From positions 1 through 42,953 of the IMG/VR virus record IMGVR_UViG_3300045000_000090: DNA of 42,953 nt; one strand, given 5' to 3'. Each line of letters opens with the position of its first letter. Position 1 is the stretch's first letter. The translations under genes were made by a program, and so were the position numbers. The notes beneath the pieces are model-generated. The model saw only the letters and a program-made list of their open reading frames with translations. It made no database searches and had not been told where the DNA came from. This document shows positions 26,296 to 35,331 of the stretch, piece after piece. This DNA comes from a virus (Duplodnaviria > Caudoviricetes).

Positions 26296-26610
26296 TCAGC
26301 GCCGTCTGATGTTGAGACCCGGTGGCAGACCGTCGGGCTCGGGCGGCAGCTCTTCGGGCACCACCAGCCAGTCCGCCGCCGTCAGGTCGTAGAACCTCGT
26401 GAGGTGGCACCCTGGCGCGGCCCGGACCCACCGGGGCGGCAGATTGTGTTGGCGGATCGTCAGCCCGCACCGGAGCTCCAGTAGGGGCGGGCCGTGCCGG
26501 CGGCGGTAGACGACCATGCGGAGCGGGATCAGGACGGGTTGCTTGCAGCACGGCGAGACAGTGGCGAACGTCCATTCGGCGTGGTGCCATATCAGCCGGG
26601 GTCTATCCAC
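26296..26610 (-). CDS. Hypothetical protein
   Basis: Overlap-coupled ORF; Cys-containing. Confidence 0.55.
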   Translation of the reverse strand: MDRPRLIWHHAEWTFATVSPCCKQPVLIPLRMVVYRRRHGPPLLELRCGLTIRQHNLPPRWVRAAPGCHLTRFYDLTAADWLVVPEELPPEPDGLPPGLNIRRR

Positions 26611-26869
26611 CGGTCACCGCCGCCAGTAAGGCCTCGACGGCGACGAGCACCTGGGCCGTGTGGCCGGCGATGGTCGAGTCCACCCAGATGCCGGCGTGGC
26701 CCAGGTCGGCGAGTTCCCTCGCGTCGGCCCACGACCACAGATCCGTCCGGACCCGACGGACCTCCAACACCAACGGCAGGGTGCTGCCCCAACCCCACTG
26801 ACCCGGCTGCAGGTGCAGCACGGTGCCGGCGGCCACCTCGGGCAGCGACGTGGACCGGTAGACGCTCAT
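26603..26869 (-). CDS. Hypothetical protein
   Basis: ATGA-coupled; GAAGG RBS. Confidence 0.6.
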   Translation of the reverse strand: MSVYRSTSLPEVAAGTVLHLQPGQWGWGSTLPLVLEVRRVRTDLWSWADARELADLGHAGIWVDSTIAGHTAQVLVAVEALLAAVTGG

Positions 26870-27045
26870 GACGGTGGGCCTTCGCGGTGCATGTCGCGGA
26901 TCCGGTCAAGCGGCAGGTCGGTCAGCCAGTGCGAGGCCGGCCGCTGGGGCTCAACGTGCGTGTCGGGGCAAGGGCAGTGAGCACCGCACCGGCACCGGAG
27001 TTGCCATAGGGTCCGCCAGCCGCGGACCGGTTCGTGAATCGCCAT
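26866..27045 (-). CDS. Small Cys-rich protein (H.P...W...CRCG..CPCPD)
   Basis: GGAGGTGG RBS before ATG 27045. Confidence 0.6.
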   Translation of the reverse strand: MAIHEPVRGWRTLWQLRCRCGAHCPCPDTHVEPQRPASHWLTDLPLDRIRDMHREGPPS

Positions 27046-27372
27046 CGGCTGCCACCTCCGGGGCGGGAGGGGCGACGCGGGTGCACCGGCGAAGGCACCC
27101 ATATCCCGCGTCGCCCCCCGCTGGGGGGCACGGCGTCCATGGAAGAGAATCAAGTGTGGCGGCGCAGCGACACATGATCCGGACGTCGTACCCCGGCTTG
27201 GGGGGTGCGTCGGCAACACCGCGAGGTCGACCGCGATGCTGCCTTCGCCCCACTGGGAGCGGGATGCGGTAGCAAGTTGGGGACCGGCTACCGCATCCCT
27301 GTCCGCGCCGCCCGACCTTCCGTACCTCGGCACCGCGTCCTGGGCACAGACGGTATTACCGCGATCACCAGT

Positions 27373-27409
27373 CGGGGGGTACTAACAGTTGGGGGTACTG
27401 CCAGTACCC
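27373..27409. promoter_or_regulatory. Putative operator: GGGGGTACT twice, including palindrome GGGTACTG-C-CAGTACCC
   Basis: Direct and inverted repeats just after the XRE stop, upstream of the small-gene operon. Confidence 0.4.
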
Positions 27410-27413
27410 GGCA

Positions 27414-28625
27414 TCAGGCCGGCACACCAAGGCTTTCGGCGAGACTGGCGACCTCACGGCGGAGCATCGGACCCGCGTGCGCCTGCAGCTCGTGAGTAAT
27501 CGACCGGGCGTACGCGCTGAACAGCGTTGCCTCGGGCGAGGTCTGCTGGGCTCGGCGAAGCAGGTGGACAGCACCGGCGTACTCCCGCTTCAACATCTGC
27601 CCCCGCGTGGCTTCGATCATGAGGCGGGTACGGCGGGGCAACGACCCGACTGCATCGACGTCGATAGAGTTGGCGCGACGCGACGCGGAAGCGATCTTTC
27701 CTAGCTCGACATCGAGGGTGAGCGCGACGTCATCGCACGACGCGCCGAACAGCACATACGCGGCTGGCATCTCGGCGGCGACCCGGTCAGCGTTAACCGC
27801 CGCATCCCAATCTCGCCATGCCCGTGCAGGCTGGCCGTCTCGGGCATGATTCCACGCTGACGCGAGGCGAACGATGGACCGCTGGCGGGCGACCGTCGGG
27901 CTCTGCTCGCGGGCGGAGTCGAGCTGCCGGAGGGCGTCGTCGACGACCTGGTGCGCCTGGTCGACGTAGCCGAAGTCGCGGTAGAGGTACGCACTAAACC
28001 ATGCGGCCCGGCCGAACGCCGCGGCGTCCTCGGATTCCAGCGCAGAGCTCATCCCGCGGTCGACGACTACCCATAGCAGTTCAGGTGCGTCCTGATAGCA
28101 GAGGTAGAGCTGCCCAAGGTGGTAGGCCTCGGCGAGGGCCCGGTGTCCGGCAGGTGTGTCGGCGGTCCGCGCCGCGCGCTGGGCGTCGACCAGCAGGCGC
28201 GGCAAGACGGCGGCGAGGTCGCTGCGGTCGTGGGTGGACACCGCCCGCAGCTGCCAAGCGTTGCGGACTCGTGCCCAGATGTCGTCGACGGTCGGAGGCG
28301 GGTCGCTACCGGCGGTGCCGTAGGACGACATGGCGCGGCGTACGTCACCGAGCGCGGGATGTTCGGGGCGTGCGTAGAGGACGGTGGGCAGTTCGTCGTT
28401 GCCGAGCAGGTCGGTCAGGTCGGGCACCTTGAGTACTTCGGCGAGGCGGGCCACCATCTTCAGGCCGGTGCCCCGGTTGCCGCGCTCGATCTGTCGTAGC
28501 CACTCCGTGGATCTGCCGCACAGTGCGGCTACGGCGTCGCGGGACATGCCGCGGCGGGTTCGTGCTGCCTTGACACGTTGACCGAATTCAGGGTCGGGTG
28601 GTACGCCTACGCCGTTGCGGGGCAT
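27414..28625 (-). CDS. XRE-family HTH regulator with long helical (TPR-like) C-terminal domain
   Basis: FGQRVK.AR.RRGMSR..VA.LCGRS.EWLRQIERG; architecture typical of filamentous actinomycetes. Confidence 0.9.
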   Translation of the reverse strand: MPRNGVGVPPDPEFGQRVKAARTRRGMSRDAVAALCGRSTEWLRQIERGNRGTGLKMVARLAEVLKVPDLTDLLGNDELPTVLYARPEHPALGDVRRAMSSYGTAGSDPPPTVDDIWARVRNAWQLRAVSTHDRSDLAAVLPRLLVDAQRAARTADTPAGHRALAEAYHLGQLYLCYQDAPELLWVVVDRGMSSALESEDAAAFGRAAWFSAYLYRDFGYVDQAHQVVDDALRQLDSAREQSPTVARQRSIVRLASAWNHARDGQPARAWRDWDAAVNADRVAAEMPAAYVLFGASCDDVALTLDVELGKIASASRRANSIDVDAVGSLPRRTRLMIEATRGQMLKREYAGAVHLLRRAQQTSPEATLFSAYARSITHELQAHAGPMLRREVASLAESLGVPA

Positions 28626-28725
28626 CGCGGTTACTCCCAGGTAGAGGACTGGGCGGCGGCGCGTCGGGCCTCTACCCCCGACGAGCCGCCAGTGGCCACG
28701 CTACCCCTGGTCACCCGGACGGGTG

Positions 28726-28746
28726 ATGTCCACAGCCTGTGGACAG
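28726..28746. promoter_or_regulatory. Pair of DnaA-box-like 9-mers in inverted orientation with a 3-bp spacer
   Basis: ATGTCCACA-GCC-TGTGGACAG; each box is one mismatch from TTGTCCACA. Confidence 0.5.
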
Positions 28747-28754
28747 ACGGGCGG

Positions 28755-28991
28755 TCAGTTCGCGTCGCGGCGCAGGCCGGCCCAGTGGTTGTAGATCCAC
28801 CGGCCGAGCCGCAGCCGGCGCCCGGTGCCTTTGCACCACCAGCACACCCGGAACGCGCGGCCCGACGGCGACGGCCGCCGGCCCAACCCCGAGCAGACCC
28901 GGCACGGCTTGAACGCCCAGATCCAGCACGCCAGCCCGTAGCCCACCGCCCACGCACCGACCGCCAACACCAGCAGAACAAAGCCGTCCAT
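28755..28991 (-). CDS. Small TM protein with CxxCxGxG Zn finger (type seen downstream of AICE traB)
   Basis: N-terminal TM; CRVCSGLG...CWWCKGTG; AAGGAGAGG RBS. Confidence 0.8.
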   Translation of the reverse strand: MDGFVLLVLAVGAWAVGYGLACWIWAFKPCRVCSGLGRRPSPSGRAFRVCWWCKGTGRRLRLGRWIYNHWAGLRRDAN

Positions 28992-29010
28992 CGATACCCT
29001 CTCCTTGATC

Positions 29011-29106
29011 GGCTAGCAGCGGCAGGTGCTAGACCTAGCACCGCCGCTAGCACCGCAAACCGCTGTGACCTGCTGCTTAGCGGCTAGCGGCACCCGCGCC
29101 TAGACC
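29011..29106. repeat. CTAG-core repeat cluster directly downstream of traB; candidate clt (cis-acting locus of transfer)
   Basis: CTAG at 29013, 29029, 29035, 29047, 29084 and 29100 (GCTAGCAG, GCTAGACC, CCTAGCAC, GCTAGCAC, GCTAGCGG, CCTAGACC). Confidence 0.55.
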
Positions 29107-31202
29107 CCCGAATTGGCCGGGGAACCCGTGATCTGACCCTTGGTCCGCTCGGTGATAGCCGCCCGCAGATGCGCGTACTCGATCCCGCGACGGTTCGCAC
29201 CCTCACCCGTGGTCGGATCTGTGCCCCACACCTGCACCGTGCTGATCCCGTACGGCTTGAGCGCCTTCGCCAACTGGTCGGCCGTCCACCCCACGTACAC
29301 CTCGGGCCGCAGCTCAGACAGCAAAGCGATGACCGTCTCCGACCACATCTTGTCCTCGCCGGAAGGCCACACCGCCGCGACGTCTTCCAGCAGGTTGTAC
29401 GCCGGCACCCGCACCTGCGGTTCGTGGTCGGCCGGCAGGACACCGGCGGCCTGGCGGATCCGCAGCGCCCGAGCCACCACCCGGTCCGCGTCGGGCTTGT
29501 TCACGTAGTAGGTGTGCACCACCTCGGGCTTGTTCAGCCCCACCAACCAGCCCCAGCCGATGTCATCGTCACCAAAGATCGTGGCCCGGATGCCCTGCTT
29601 GTGCCGGCCCGTACCCAGGATCATGTCGTTGGCTTCGTGGCCCATCACCCGCAGGCAGAAGCGCATACCGGCGTTGTCGCTGACACCCTTCGGCAGACTC
29701 TTCGCGTCCGGCCGCTGAGTGGCCAGCAGCAGCACGATGCCCAACGCCCGACCCAGCTTGATGATCTTCTCGGCCAGTTCGCCGGCCTCTTTGCCGTACT
29801 CGGAGTGCGCGAACAGCATCTGGCATTCGTCGATCGCCGCGACCAGGGGGCGCAGGTCAAGGCCGGGCATGGCCGCCAACAGCGGTGTGATCTTGTTGTC
29901 GGGCGCCTTGCCGGCCTTCGCCATCCGCTTGATGATCGGACCACGGCGGATGCATTCGGCGAACAGATCCCGCAGCATGTCCAACGCGGCGGCGGCCGTG
30001 TCGTCATCGGCACCAGACCCGAACTCGGTGCACAGCGACTCCAACGGGTCAAGGTCGCCGGTACCTTTGAGTTCGAACAGCCGCAACTCCACGCGCGGAT
30101 CCAGGGCGGCGAACAGCAACGGCAGCCGCAGCGCCGATGTCTTCCCGGCGCCCGGCATCGCGCCGATCAGCCAGTTGCGGTACATCAGGGCGCCGTCGAC
30201 CTTACGTAGCCGCGGATCCGTGCCGAACGGGAACGGCTTGAACACGTCCGTGGGCTTGTCGTCGCCCTTCACCAGCGGCCACGGCGGCTGGCGCATCTCC
30301 GACGCCGGTTCGTAGCCGACCCACAGAGCCAGCCGCCCCGGGTGCGCCTTCGGCATCGGCTCCGGCCACACCTGGTCGACCGGAATCCTCAGCGCCGACG
30401 CCAGCTTCGAGCGCCGCTCGATGACCTCCGCCGCGTCGATGCCACCGGGTAGGTCGACGATCGCCATCTGCCCCGGACCGTCCACCGCGATGTCGTGCAC
30501 CAACTCGACGTCGGACGGGTCCTTCACGCCCGGGATGCGGCACGCCATCACCGCCGCCCGGACCAACTCCAGGGTCAGCTTGCGGTACTTCGCTGACACC
30601 ACCGCCGGGGTGACGATCGGATGCTCGTCGGGCCGGCCGAAGTGCGCCAACGTCGGTACCACCACGACCAGCAGCAGCACCACATCAACCCACCACGGGG
30701 CGACGAACACGAGCGCGACCACCACCACGGTCAGGAAGACCACCTCGACGAGCAGCACACTGCCCCGCCACGCCCGGGTCACCTTCGCCTCCCGGTGCAG
30801 CCGCAGCCACATGATGCCGTCGTTGTCGGTGGCCGCCTGCTGTCGCAGGTGGTGCTGCTCCAGCACCCACCACCAGGTGATCTGCCGCCCGGCCAGCTTG
30901 AACACGCCGGCCGCCGACCAGAACAGGGCCAACGGCAGGTACCACAACGGCAGCCGGGCCAGGTGGTACGCGGACTTGTGGGCGACCCGGCCGGTGACGT
31001 TCTTGACGGTCGGTTTCAGGTTCCCGCGCCGCAGGACCGCGGGCACGATCGGCCGCCGCGGCTCGCCCTTGCTCACGATCGCGGCGAACACCGGCTCACG
31101 CGCTGGCTTAGGTGTCCTAGCCGGGTCGGCCGGACTGGTCTGCGCGTCGAACACCTCGCCGACTGGCGGCACTTCCAGGCGATCGGGCGACGAATCGGGC
31201 AT
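29100..31202 (-). CDS. traB: TraB-type FtsK/SpoIIIE conjugative DNA translocase
   Basis: N-terminal TM segments; Walker A GAMPGAGKT; ELKG.GD; Walker B IDECQ; GRALGI.L.LATQRP; C-terminal wHTH-like domain. Confidence 0.88.
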   Translation of the reverse strand: MPDSSPDRLEVPPVGEVFDAQTSPADPARTPKPAREPVFAAIVSKGEPRRPIVPAVLRRGNLKPTVKNVTGRVAHKSAYHLARLPLWYLPLALFWSAAGVFKLAGRQITWWWVLEQHHLRQQAATDNDGIMWLRLHREAKVTRAWRGSVLLVEVVFLTVVVVALVFVAPWWVDVVLLLVVVVPTLAHFGRPDEHPIVTPAVVSAKYRKLTLELVRAAVMACRIPGVKDPSDVELVHDIAVDGPGQMAIVDLPGGIDAAEVIERRSKLASALRIPVDQVWPEPMPKAHPGRLALWVGYEPASEMRQPPWPLVKGDDKPTDVFKPFPFGTDPRLRKVDGALMYRNWLIGAMPGAGKTSALRLPLLFAALDPRVELRLFELKGTGDLDPLESLCTEFGSGADDDTAAAALDMLRDLFAECIRRGPIIKRMAKAGKAPDNKITPLLAAMPGLDLRPLVAAIDECQMLFAHSEYGKEAGELAEKIIKLGRALGIVLLLATQRPDAKSLPKGVSDNAGMRFCLRVMGHEANDMILGTGRHKQGIRATIFGDDDIGWGWLVGLNKPEVVHTYYVNKPDADRVVARALRIRQAAGVLPADHEPQVRVPAYNLLEDVAAVWPSGEDKMWSETVIALLSELRPEVYVGWTADQLAKALKPYGISTVQVWGTDPTTGEGANRRGIEYAHLRAAITERTKGQITGSPANSGV

Positions 31203-31282
31203 GCTGGACTTCTTCCTGTTCGCTGGGAGGGGGCCGGGCGCGGCCAGCTTTCCTAGGGCTGTCGGCCGCGCCCGGCGCGGAA

Positions 31283-31408
31283 CTACTTCGTGTTCTTGCT
31301 GGTCTGCTGCGGCTGCTTGTCGGCGAGCGCCTTGGCGTGTGCTGCCGCCTGCTGCGGGGTAGGGCCTGACTGGCGTCCCCACTGGTTTGCCTGGCTGAAC
31401 TTGCCCAT
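31283..31408 (-). CDS. 41-aa peptide (not in ORF track)
   Basis: GGAAGGAG RBS; MGKFSQANQWGRQSG... Confidence 0.55.
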   Translation of the reverse strand: MGKFSQANQWGRQSGPTPQQAAAHAKALADKQPQQTSKNTK

Positions 31409-31479
31409 GAACGTCTCCTTCCGTTGCTCTGGCCCACCACGGTGGCGGCCAGCTTTCTAGGGGGCTGAGGGCGTGCGGG

Positions 31480-31623
31480 TTACTTCTTGAGGGCCTTCAG
31501 GATGCCGGCGGCGAGACCGGTCGTGACCTTGTTGCCGTCCTGGTCGACCGGCCCGGTGTAGCCGGACTGGCGCAGCGCCTTGAGCTTCGGGTACGAGGCG
31601 TCAGACTTCGGGGTACCGCTCAT
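31480..31623 (-). CDS. 47-aa peptide with LR.SGYTGP.DQDG motif (not in ORF track)
   Basis: GAAGGGAG RBS; motif recalled from small actinomycete mobile-element proteins. Confidence 0.65.
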   Translation of the reverse strand: MSGTPKSDASYPKLKALRQSGYTGPVDQDGNKVTTGLAAGILKALKK

Positions 31624-31704
31624 CGGATTGCTCCCTTCGCTGGTCCGCCACCGTGGCGGCCACCGCGAACACCCGGACGATGCGGCCGGGCGCTGCGGAA
31701 GCCG

Positions 31705-31896
31705 TCACGACTGCGGCTCGTCCACCGTGGGTCGGGTGAGGAAGCTGGCCACGTGGCAGGCCAGGCTGAGGACACCGGTCAGCGCGAACGCGACCTTGAC
31801 CGGCATGGACGCCTCGCCGGTGACCAGGATGAAGATCGCCAAGCCGGCGAGGACGAGCCCCAGGGCGCGGGCTATCCGGTTGAACGCGGTGCTCAT
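31705..31896 (-). CDS. Two-TM small membrane protein (Spd-like)
   Basis: AAAGGAG RBS; two hydrophobic helices. Confidence 0.7.
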   Translation of the reverse strand: MSTAFNRIARALGLVLAGLAIFILVTGEASMPVKVAFALTGVLSLACHVASFLTRPTVDEPQS

Positions 31897-32729
31897 GATG
31901 GCGCTCCTTTGCTCGCACCGGTCAGCACCGGCACGTGGTTGTTGATCTCCACACCAGTTGGTGTGTTGATCACTTCGGGGGTGCTGGTCGTTGGCGGCAC
32001 GATGGCCGCAAGATGACGCCGCGCGGTGGACTCGGAGATGCCGACCTTCACCGCGACCTCGGTGGGTGTCGCGTCCGGGTTCCGGGCGACGAACTTGGCC
32101 ACCGCTGGCGCCGACGATGGCGGCAACTTGCGCCCACCACGCCGCCGCCGAGGTGCACCAGCCGGAACATCGGTGCCACCTGCCGACCGTCCGGACTCGG
32201 ACAGTTCGCTGGGCAATTCGAGCGCGGCGGCGAGAGCGGCCTGTGCGGCTTTCGCCATGGTGAGCGGGTCGACCTCTGGCGCCTCGGTTTCTGTGTCATC
32301 TGAGACGACCTCACCGGCCCGGCGACGGCTCGTACCGATCAAGGCGCTCGTCGCCATCACCATCAGCCCGTCGACCGCCAGCGGCCCGATCGTGGCCGTT
32401 AGCGGATCCTCGGCGTAGAACGCCAGCAGGCCCGACATGTGCCGGTACGACACGACCGCGGCGACGATCGCCACCGGCAGCAGGCCCAAGAACCGGGCCA
32501 CCACCCACCGCTTGCCCGTGGGCCACCCGGTGCGGGCGAAGATCTCCACCGCGACCAGCAGAGCCACCGGCCAGAACACCGCGCTGCCGACCGCACCCCG
32601 TTCCGGTACCCACCCGGCCAGCGCGCCTACGGGCGGCACGTACGAGTGGGCAATGTTCGCGGCGATCGACACCGCGCCGCCGAGGAGCGCACCCGTGTAC
32701 GCCCAACCCCGACCCATACCTGGCCTCAC
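31893..32729 (-). CDS. Four-TM plus C-terminal HTH protein (DUF2637/SpdB2-like spread protein)
   Basis: VSIAANIAHS, FWPVAL, AAVVSYRHM and GPLAVDGLM motifs; C-terminal PTEVAVKVGISESTARRH HTH. Confidence 0.8.
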   Translation of the reverse strand: MRPGMGRGWAYTGALLGGAVSIAANIAHSYVPPVGALAGWVPERGAVGSAVFWPVALLVAVEIFARTGWPTGKRWVVARFLGLLPVAIVAAVVSYRHMSGLLAFYAEDPLTATIGPLAVDGLMVMATSALIGTSRRRAGEVVSDDTETEAPEVDPLTMAKAAQAALAAALELPSELSESGRSAGGTDVPAGAPRRRRGGRKLPPSSAPAVAKFVARNPDATPTEVAVKVGISESTARRHLAAIVPPTTSTPEVINTPTGVEINNHVPVLTGASKGAPS

Positions 32730-33001
32730 CGGCTGATCCCCTTCCGAATGGTCTTCGCGGTGTCGTTGGCGTGGCTGTAGACCGACCGGGGCGCCACCAT
32801 CGCGACGACCCACACGACGAGCACCAGGCCCACCGCCGCGCCGTCCAAGGCCGCCAGCAGCAGCCACCCACCTTGCGACCAGATGACCCCCTGGCTGCCG
32901 GCGGCGAACCCGGCAATGGAGCCCACAGACGCCACCCGGCGGGTCCGGGGCGAGTAGTCCCGGCCCCGCGACCGGCGTGCCGAAACGAGTTCACGGCTCA
33001 C
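32726..33001 (-). CDS. Small membrane protein
   Basis: GTGA-coupled; hydrophobic segments. Confidence 0.55.
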   Translation of the reverse strand: MSRELVSARRSRGRDYSPRTRRVASVGSIAGFAAGSQGVIWSQGGWLLLAALDGAAVGLVLVVWVVAMVAPRSVYSHANDTAKTIRKGISR

Positions 33002-33132
33002 GACGTCGCCCCGTTCCGGCAACGCCGGCAGCAGCAGTGCTCCGGGGTCGCTGGACGGCCGCACGCGTCGCACCGGTCACTGCGGACCCGGCCACGCAGG
33101 ACCGACCGCAGCAGGGCACCTAGGCGCCTCAC
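32998..33132 (-). CDS. 44-aa Cys-rich peptide (not in ORF track)
   Basis: GTGA overlaps at both ends; CDAC...HCCCRRC. Confidence 0.45.
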   Translation of the reverse strand: MRRLGALLRSVLRGRVRSDRCDACGRPATPEHCCCRRCRNGATS

Positions 33133-33563
33133 TGGGCACCGTCCCCGGGGTTGTCCCGGATCACCTTGCTAACCCGCACCGGCTCGCCGGCCCGGTACAC
33201 CGACTGCTGCAACGGCCGGTCCGCCGCTGTCCAGATCCACACCATCTCGGCGGGGTCGTCGACCTGCTCGGGCCAGACCCGAGTCACAACCGACCAGCCG
33301 TGGCCGTGGACCACGATCCGGTCGGTAACCTCGATTTCAGCGGCCGTGATCGTTTTGGCCGACTTGATCCGGGTCGGGTTTGCCGGCGGCGGCACCACGG
33401 TCAGTTCTTCGCGCAGCTCGGCGCGGGCATACACCTCGACCACGCCAAGCGGCTCGCCAGTGGCAGGCCGCGGCGGGGACACGGTCCCGAGGTTCAGGAC
33501 CAGGCCCACGGCCTCGATCGCCTCGGCGCACTCCTCGTGGGAGCCGATGATCCGGATCTTCAT
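33129..33563 (-). CDS. Hypothetical protein with MKIRI.G...E N-terminal domain typical of actinomycete mobile elements
   Basis: ATGA-coupled start at 33563. Confidence 0.65.
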   Translation of the reverse strand: MKIRIIGSHEECAEAIEAVGLVLNLGTVSPPRPATGEPLGVVEVYARAELREELTVVPPPANPTRIKSAKTITAAEIEVTDRIVVHGHGWSVVTRVWPEQVDDPAEMVWIWTAADRPLQQSVYRAGEPVRVSKVIRDNPGDGAQ

Positions 33564-33757
33564 CGGGCCACCGCCGCACGCTCGTGACGGGCCAGCGCCC
33601 GCACCACGTACACCAGGGCGGCCACGACGATCACGAAGGCGTAGACCCAACCTTGGCGGTCGGCGCTGACGAGCGCCGCCGACAGGGCATGGCCGGCACC
33701 GGCATGGTTCAGCGCCGCCGTGAACAGCACCAGCAGGACGACGATCAGCGTCTTCAC
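33560..33757 (-). CDS. Two-TM small membrane protein
   Basis: GGAGGGTGG RBS; hydrophobic. Confidence 0.65.
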   Translation of the reverse strand: MKTLIVVLLVLFTAALNHAGAGHALSAALVSADRQGWVYAFVIVVAALVYVVRALARHERAAVAR

Positions 33758-34203
33758 GACCGCTCACCACCCTCCGGCGAGTCCGGACGGCGAACCGGGA
33801 TGCCCTCCACATGCGGCGGCACCGGCTCACCCGTCACCGCGTCATCCCGGCCGGCGAACACGCCCAGACCAGCCGGACGCGCATCCTCCGGAAACCACAC
33901 CGCCAGCAGCACCGAATCCACCGCACGGGCCGTCAGGAACGCCTGCCGCAGCGACAGCACCAACACGTCCGTCGGCTCCACGCTCGGCGCGTCCTCGCCC
34001 GCGTCGTGATACCCGGCGACGTGCATCACGGCCACGTCCGGCCAGCCCGGCGCGTCGGCCCGCTCCGCCACCGACACCCGCACCTCGAACGGGTCGCCCT
34101 CACGCGGCTGGACGACCTGCCACGCCGACCGGTGGGCACCCCGGTTCGGCCCGGTGACACTGCACCGTGCCCGGTCACACCACACGGGATGACGGACGTT
34201 CAT
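33754..34203 (-). CDS. Hypothetical protein (HP.WC...C...H motif)
   Basis: GGAGGTGG RBS; ATGA coupling. Confidence 0.65.
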   Translation of the reverse strand: MNVRHPVWCDRARCSVTGPNRGAHRSAWQVVQPREGDPFEVRVSVAERADAPGWPDVAVMHVAGYHDAGEDAPSVEPTDVLVLSLRQAFLTARAVDSVLLAVWFPEDARPAGLGVFAGRDDAVTGEPVPPHVEGIPVRRPDSPEGGERS

Positions 34204-34493
34204 GCCGCCACCTCCGCCGGCTCTTCGGTGGAGTAGTAGAGCAGCACCTCGACGCCATGCCACATCCCGGAAAGGACGCGGCTCGCCCTGCGCTCCGACG
34301 GCCAGGCGCGCAGCGGCCTAGCCAGCTCCTCGGCACCGAGGCGCAGCGCCTTGGCCCACTTGTCTTGGTCGGCCGTCGAAGCGGTAGTGATCACGGGGCC
34401 GCGGGCGGTCACCGTCACGCTCCGCGGCTCAGGCAGGCCACAGCGGGCGATCGCCTCGGCCACGGCGAACAGCATCACGCTCATCGAGGTCAT
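34200..34493 (-). CDS. Hypothetical protein
   Basis: ATGA-coupled chain; ends EVAA. Confidence 0.65.
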   Translation of the reverse strand: MTSMSVMLFAVAEAIARCGLPEPRSVTVTARGPVITTASTADQDKWAKALRLGAEELARPLRAWPSERRASRVLSGMWHGVEVLLYYSTEEPAEVAA

Positions 34494-34738
34494 GCGGCAC
34501 CACCGAGGAGCAGGCGCCTAGACCTGCGGACAGCGACCTCGCGGGCCGTGGCCAACATCAACGCCGTAGCGCGCCGCTGGTCCAGGCGCTCCGCGACGAC
34601 CCGGCCGCCGTCCTTCGCGACCATCCAGCCCGTCGGGGTCCGCAACGCCACCGCCAGCACACCGGCACGCGGCTGATCCACGTCGTGGGCGGCGTACGCC
34701 CGGTCCTTCACCAGCGTCTTCTTCAGCAGCACGGTCAT
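34490..34738 (-). CDS. Hypothetical protein
   Basis: ATGA-coupled start at 34738. Confidence 0.6.
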   Translation of the reverse strand: MTVLLKKTLVKDRAYAAHDVDQPRAGVLAVALRTPTGWMVAKDGGRVVAERLDQRRATALMLATAREVAVRRSRRLLLGGAA

Positions 34739-35331
34739 GCCGCACCGCCCTCGGACAGGCCGGCGATCCCGTGGGCGATGGCCGACTCGATCGGCGCCAC
34801 GGTGGTGTCGTTGACCGGCGCCGGATGCGGGCTGCCACGGTCCTCCACGCACCGGTCGATGGCCGTCTCGGTGAGCCGGTCCAGGACCTCGAAGAACGCG
34901 GCCACCTGCGAGGGGTACAGCGGGTCGGAGCCCATCTGCATCCGGTGCTGCGCGGCCTCGCGCATGCCCCGCACGAACGCTTCGGCGAGCACCTCGTCCA
35001 TGGCGTACGCGACCCGGGTGGCGTGAACGATGCCGATCGCCAGGTCAATGTCGTCGATGAACGTCGCCGCGAACTCGCGGCCGTTGTGGCCGGCGATCGC
35101 CTTCGCGGCAGGGGACGGACCGGGCTCGGTGGGCTCGTCGATGTAGGCGCTGACCACGTCGCGGCGGGGCTCCTCGGCGGCACACACCAGCTGGGCGGGT
35201 TCGCCGTACACGGCCGACAGGTAGATGGTGCCCGGCGACTTCAAGATGGCGGCCAGGTCCAGGGTCGCGCCGTCGAAGTGGATGGGTGTCGTGGGTGCCG
35301 CTTTGGGCACCGAATCGGGGAGGATGTGCAT
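34735..35331 (-). CDS. Hypothetical protein; first gene of the leftward (transfer) operon
   Basis: AGGA RBS before ATG 35331. Confidence 0.7.
   Translation of the reverse strand: MHILPDSVPKAAPTTPIHFDGATLDLAAILKSPGTIYLSAVYGEPAQLVCAAEEPRRDVVSAYIDEPTEPGPSPAAKAIAGHNGREFAATFIDDIDLAIGIVHATRVAYAMDEVLAEAFVRGMREAAQHRMQMGSDPLYPSQVAAFFEVLDRLTETAIDRCVEDRGSPHPAPVNDTTVAPIESAIAHGIAGLSEGGAA

Noticed and set aside
31203-31382. Track start of the FtsK ORF at 31382
   Set aside because: It overlaps a separate RBS-led 41-aa ORF and a hairpin; ATG 31202 with an AGGAAGAAG RBS is more plausible.
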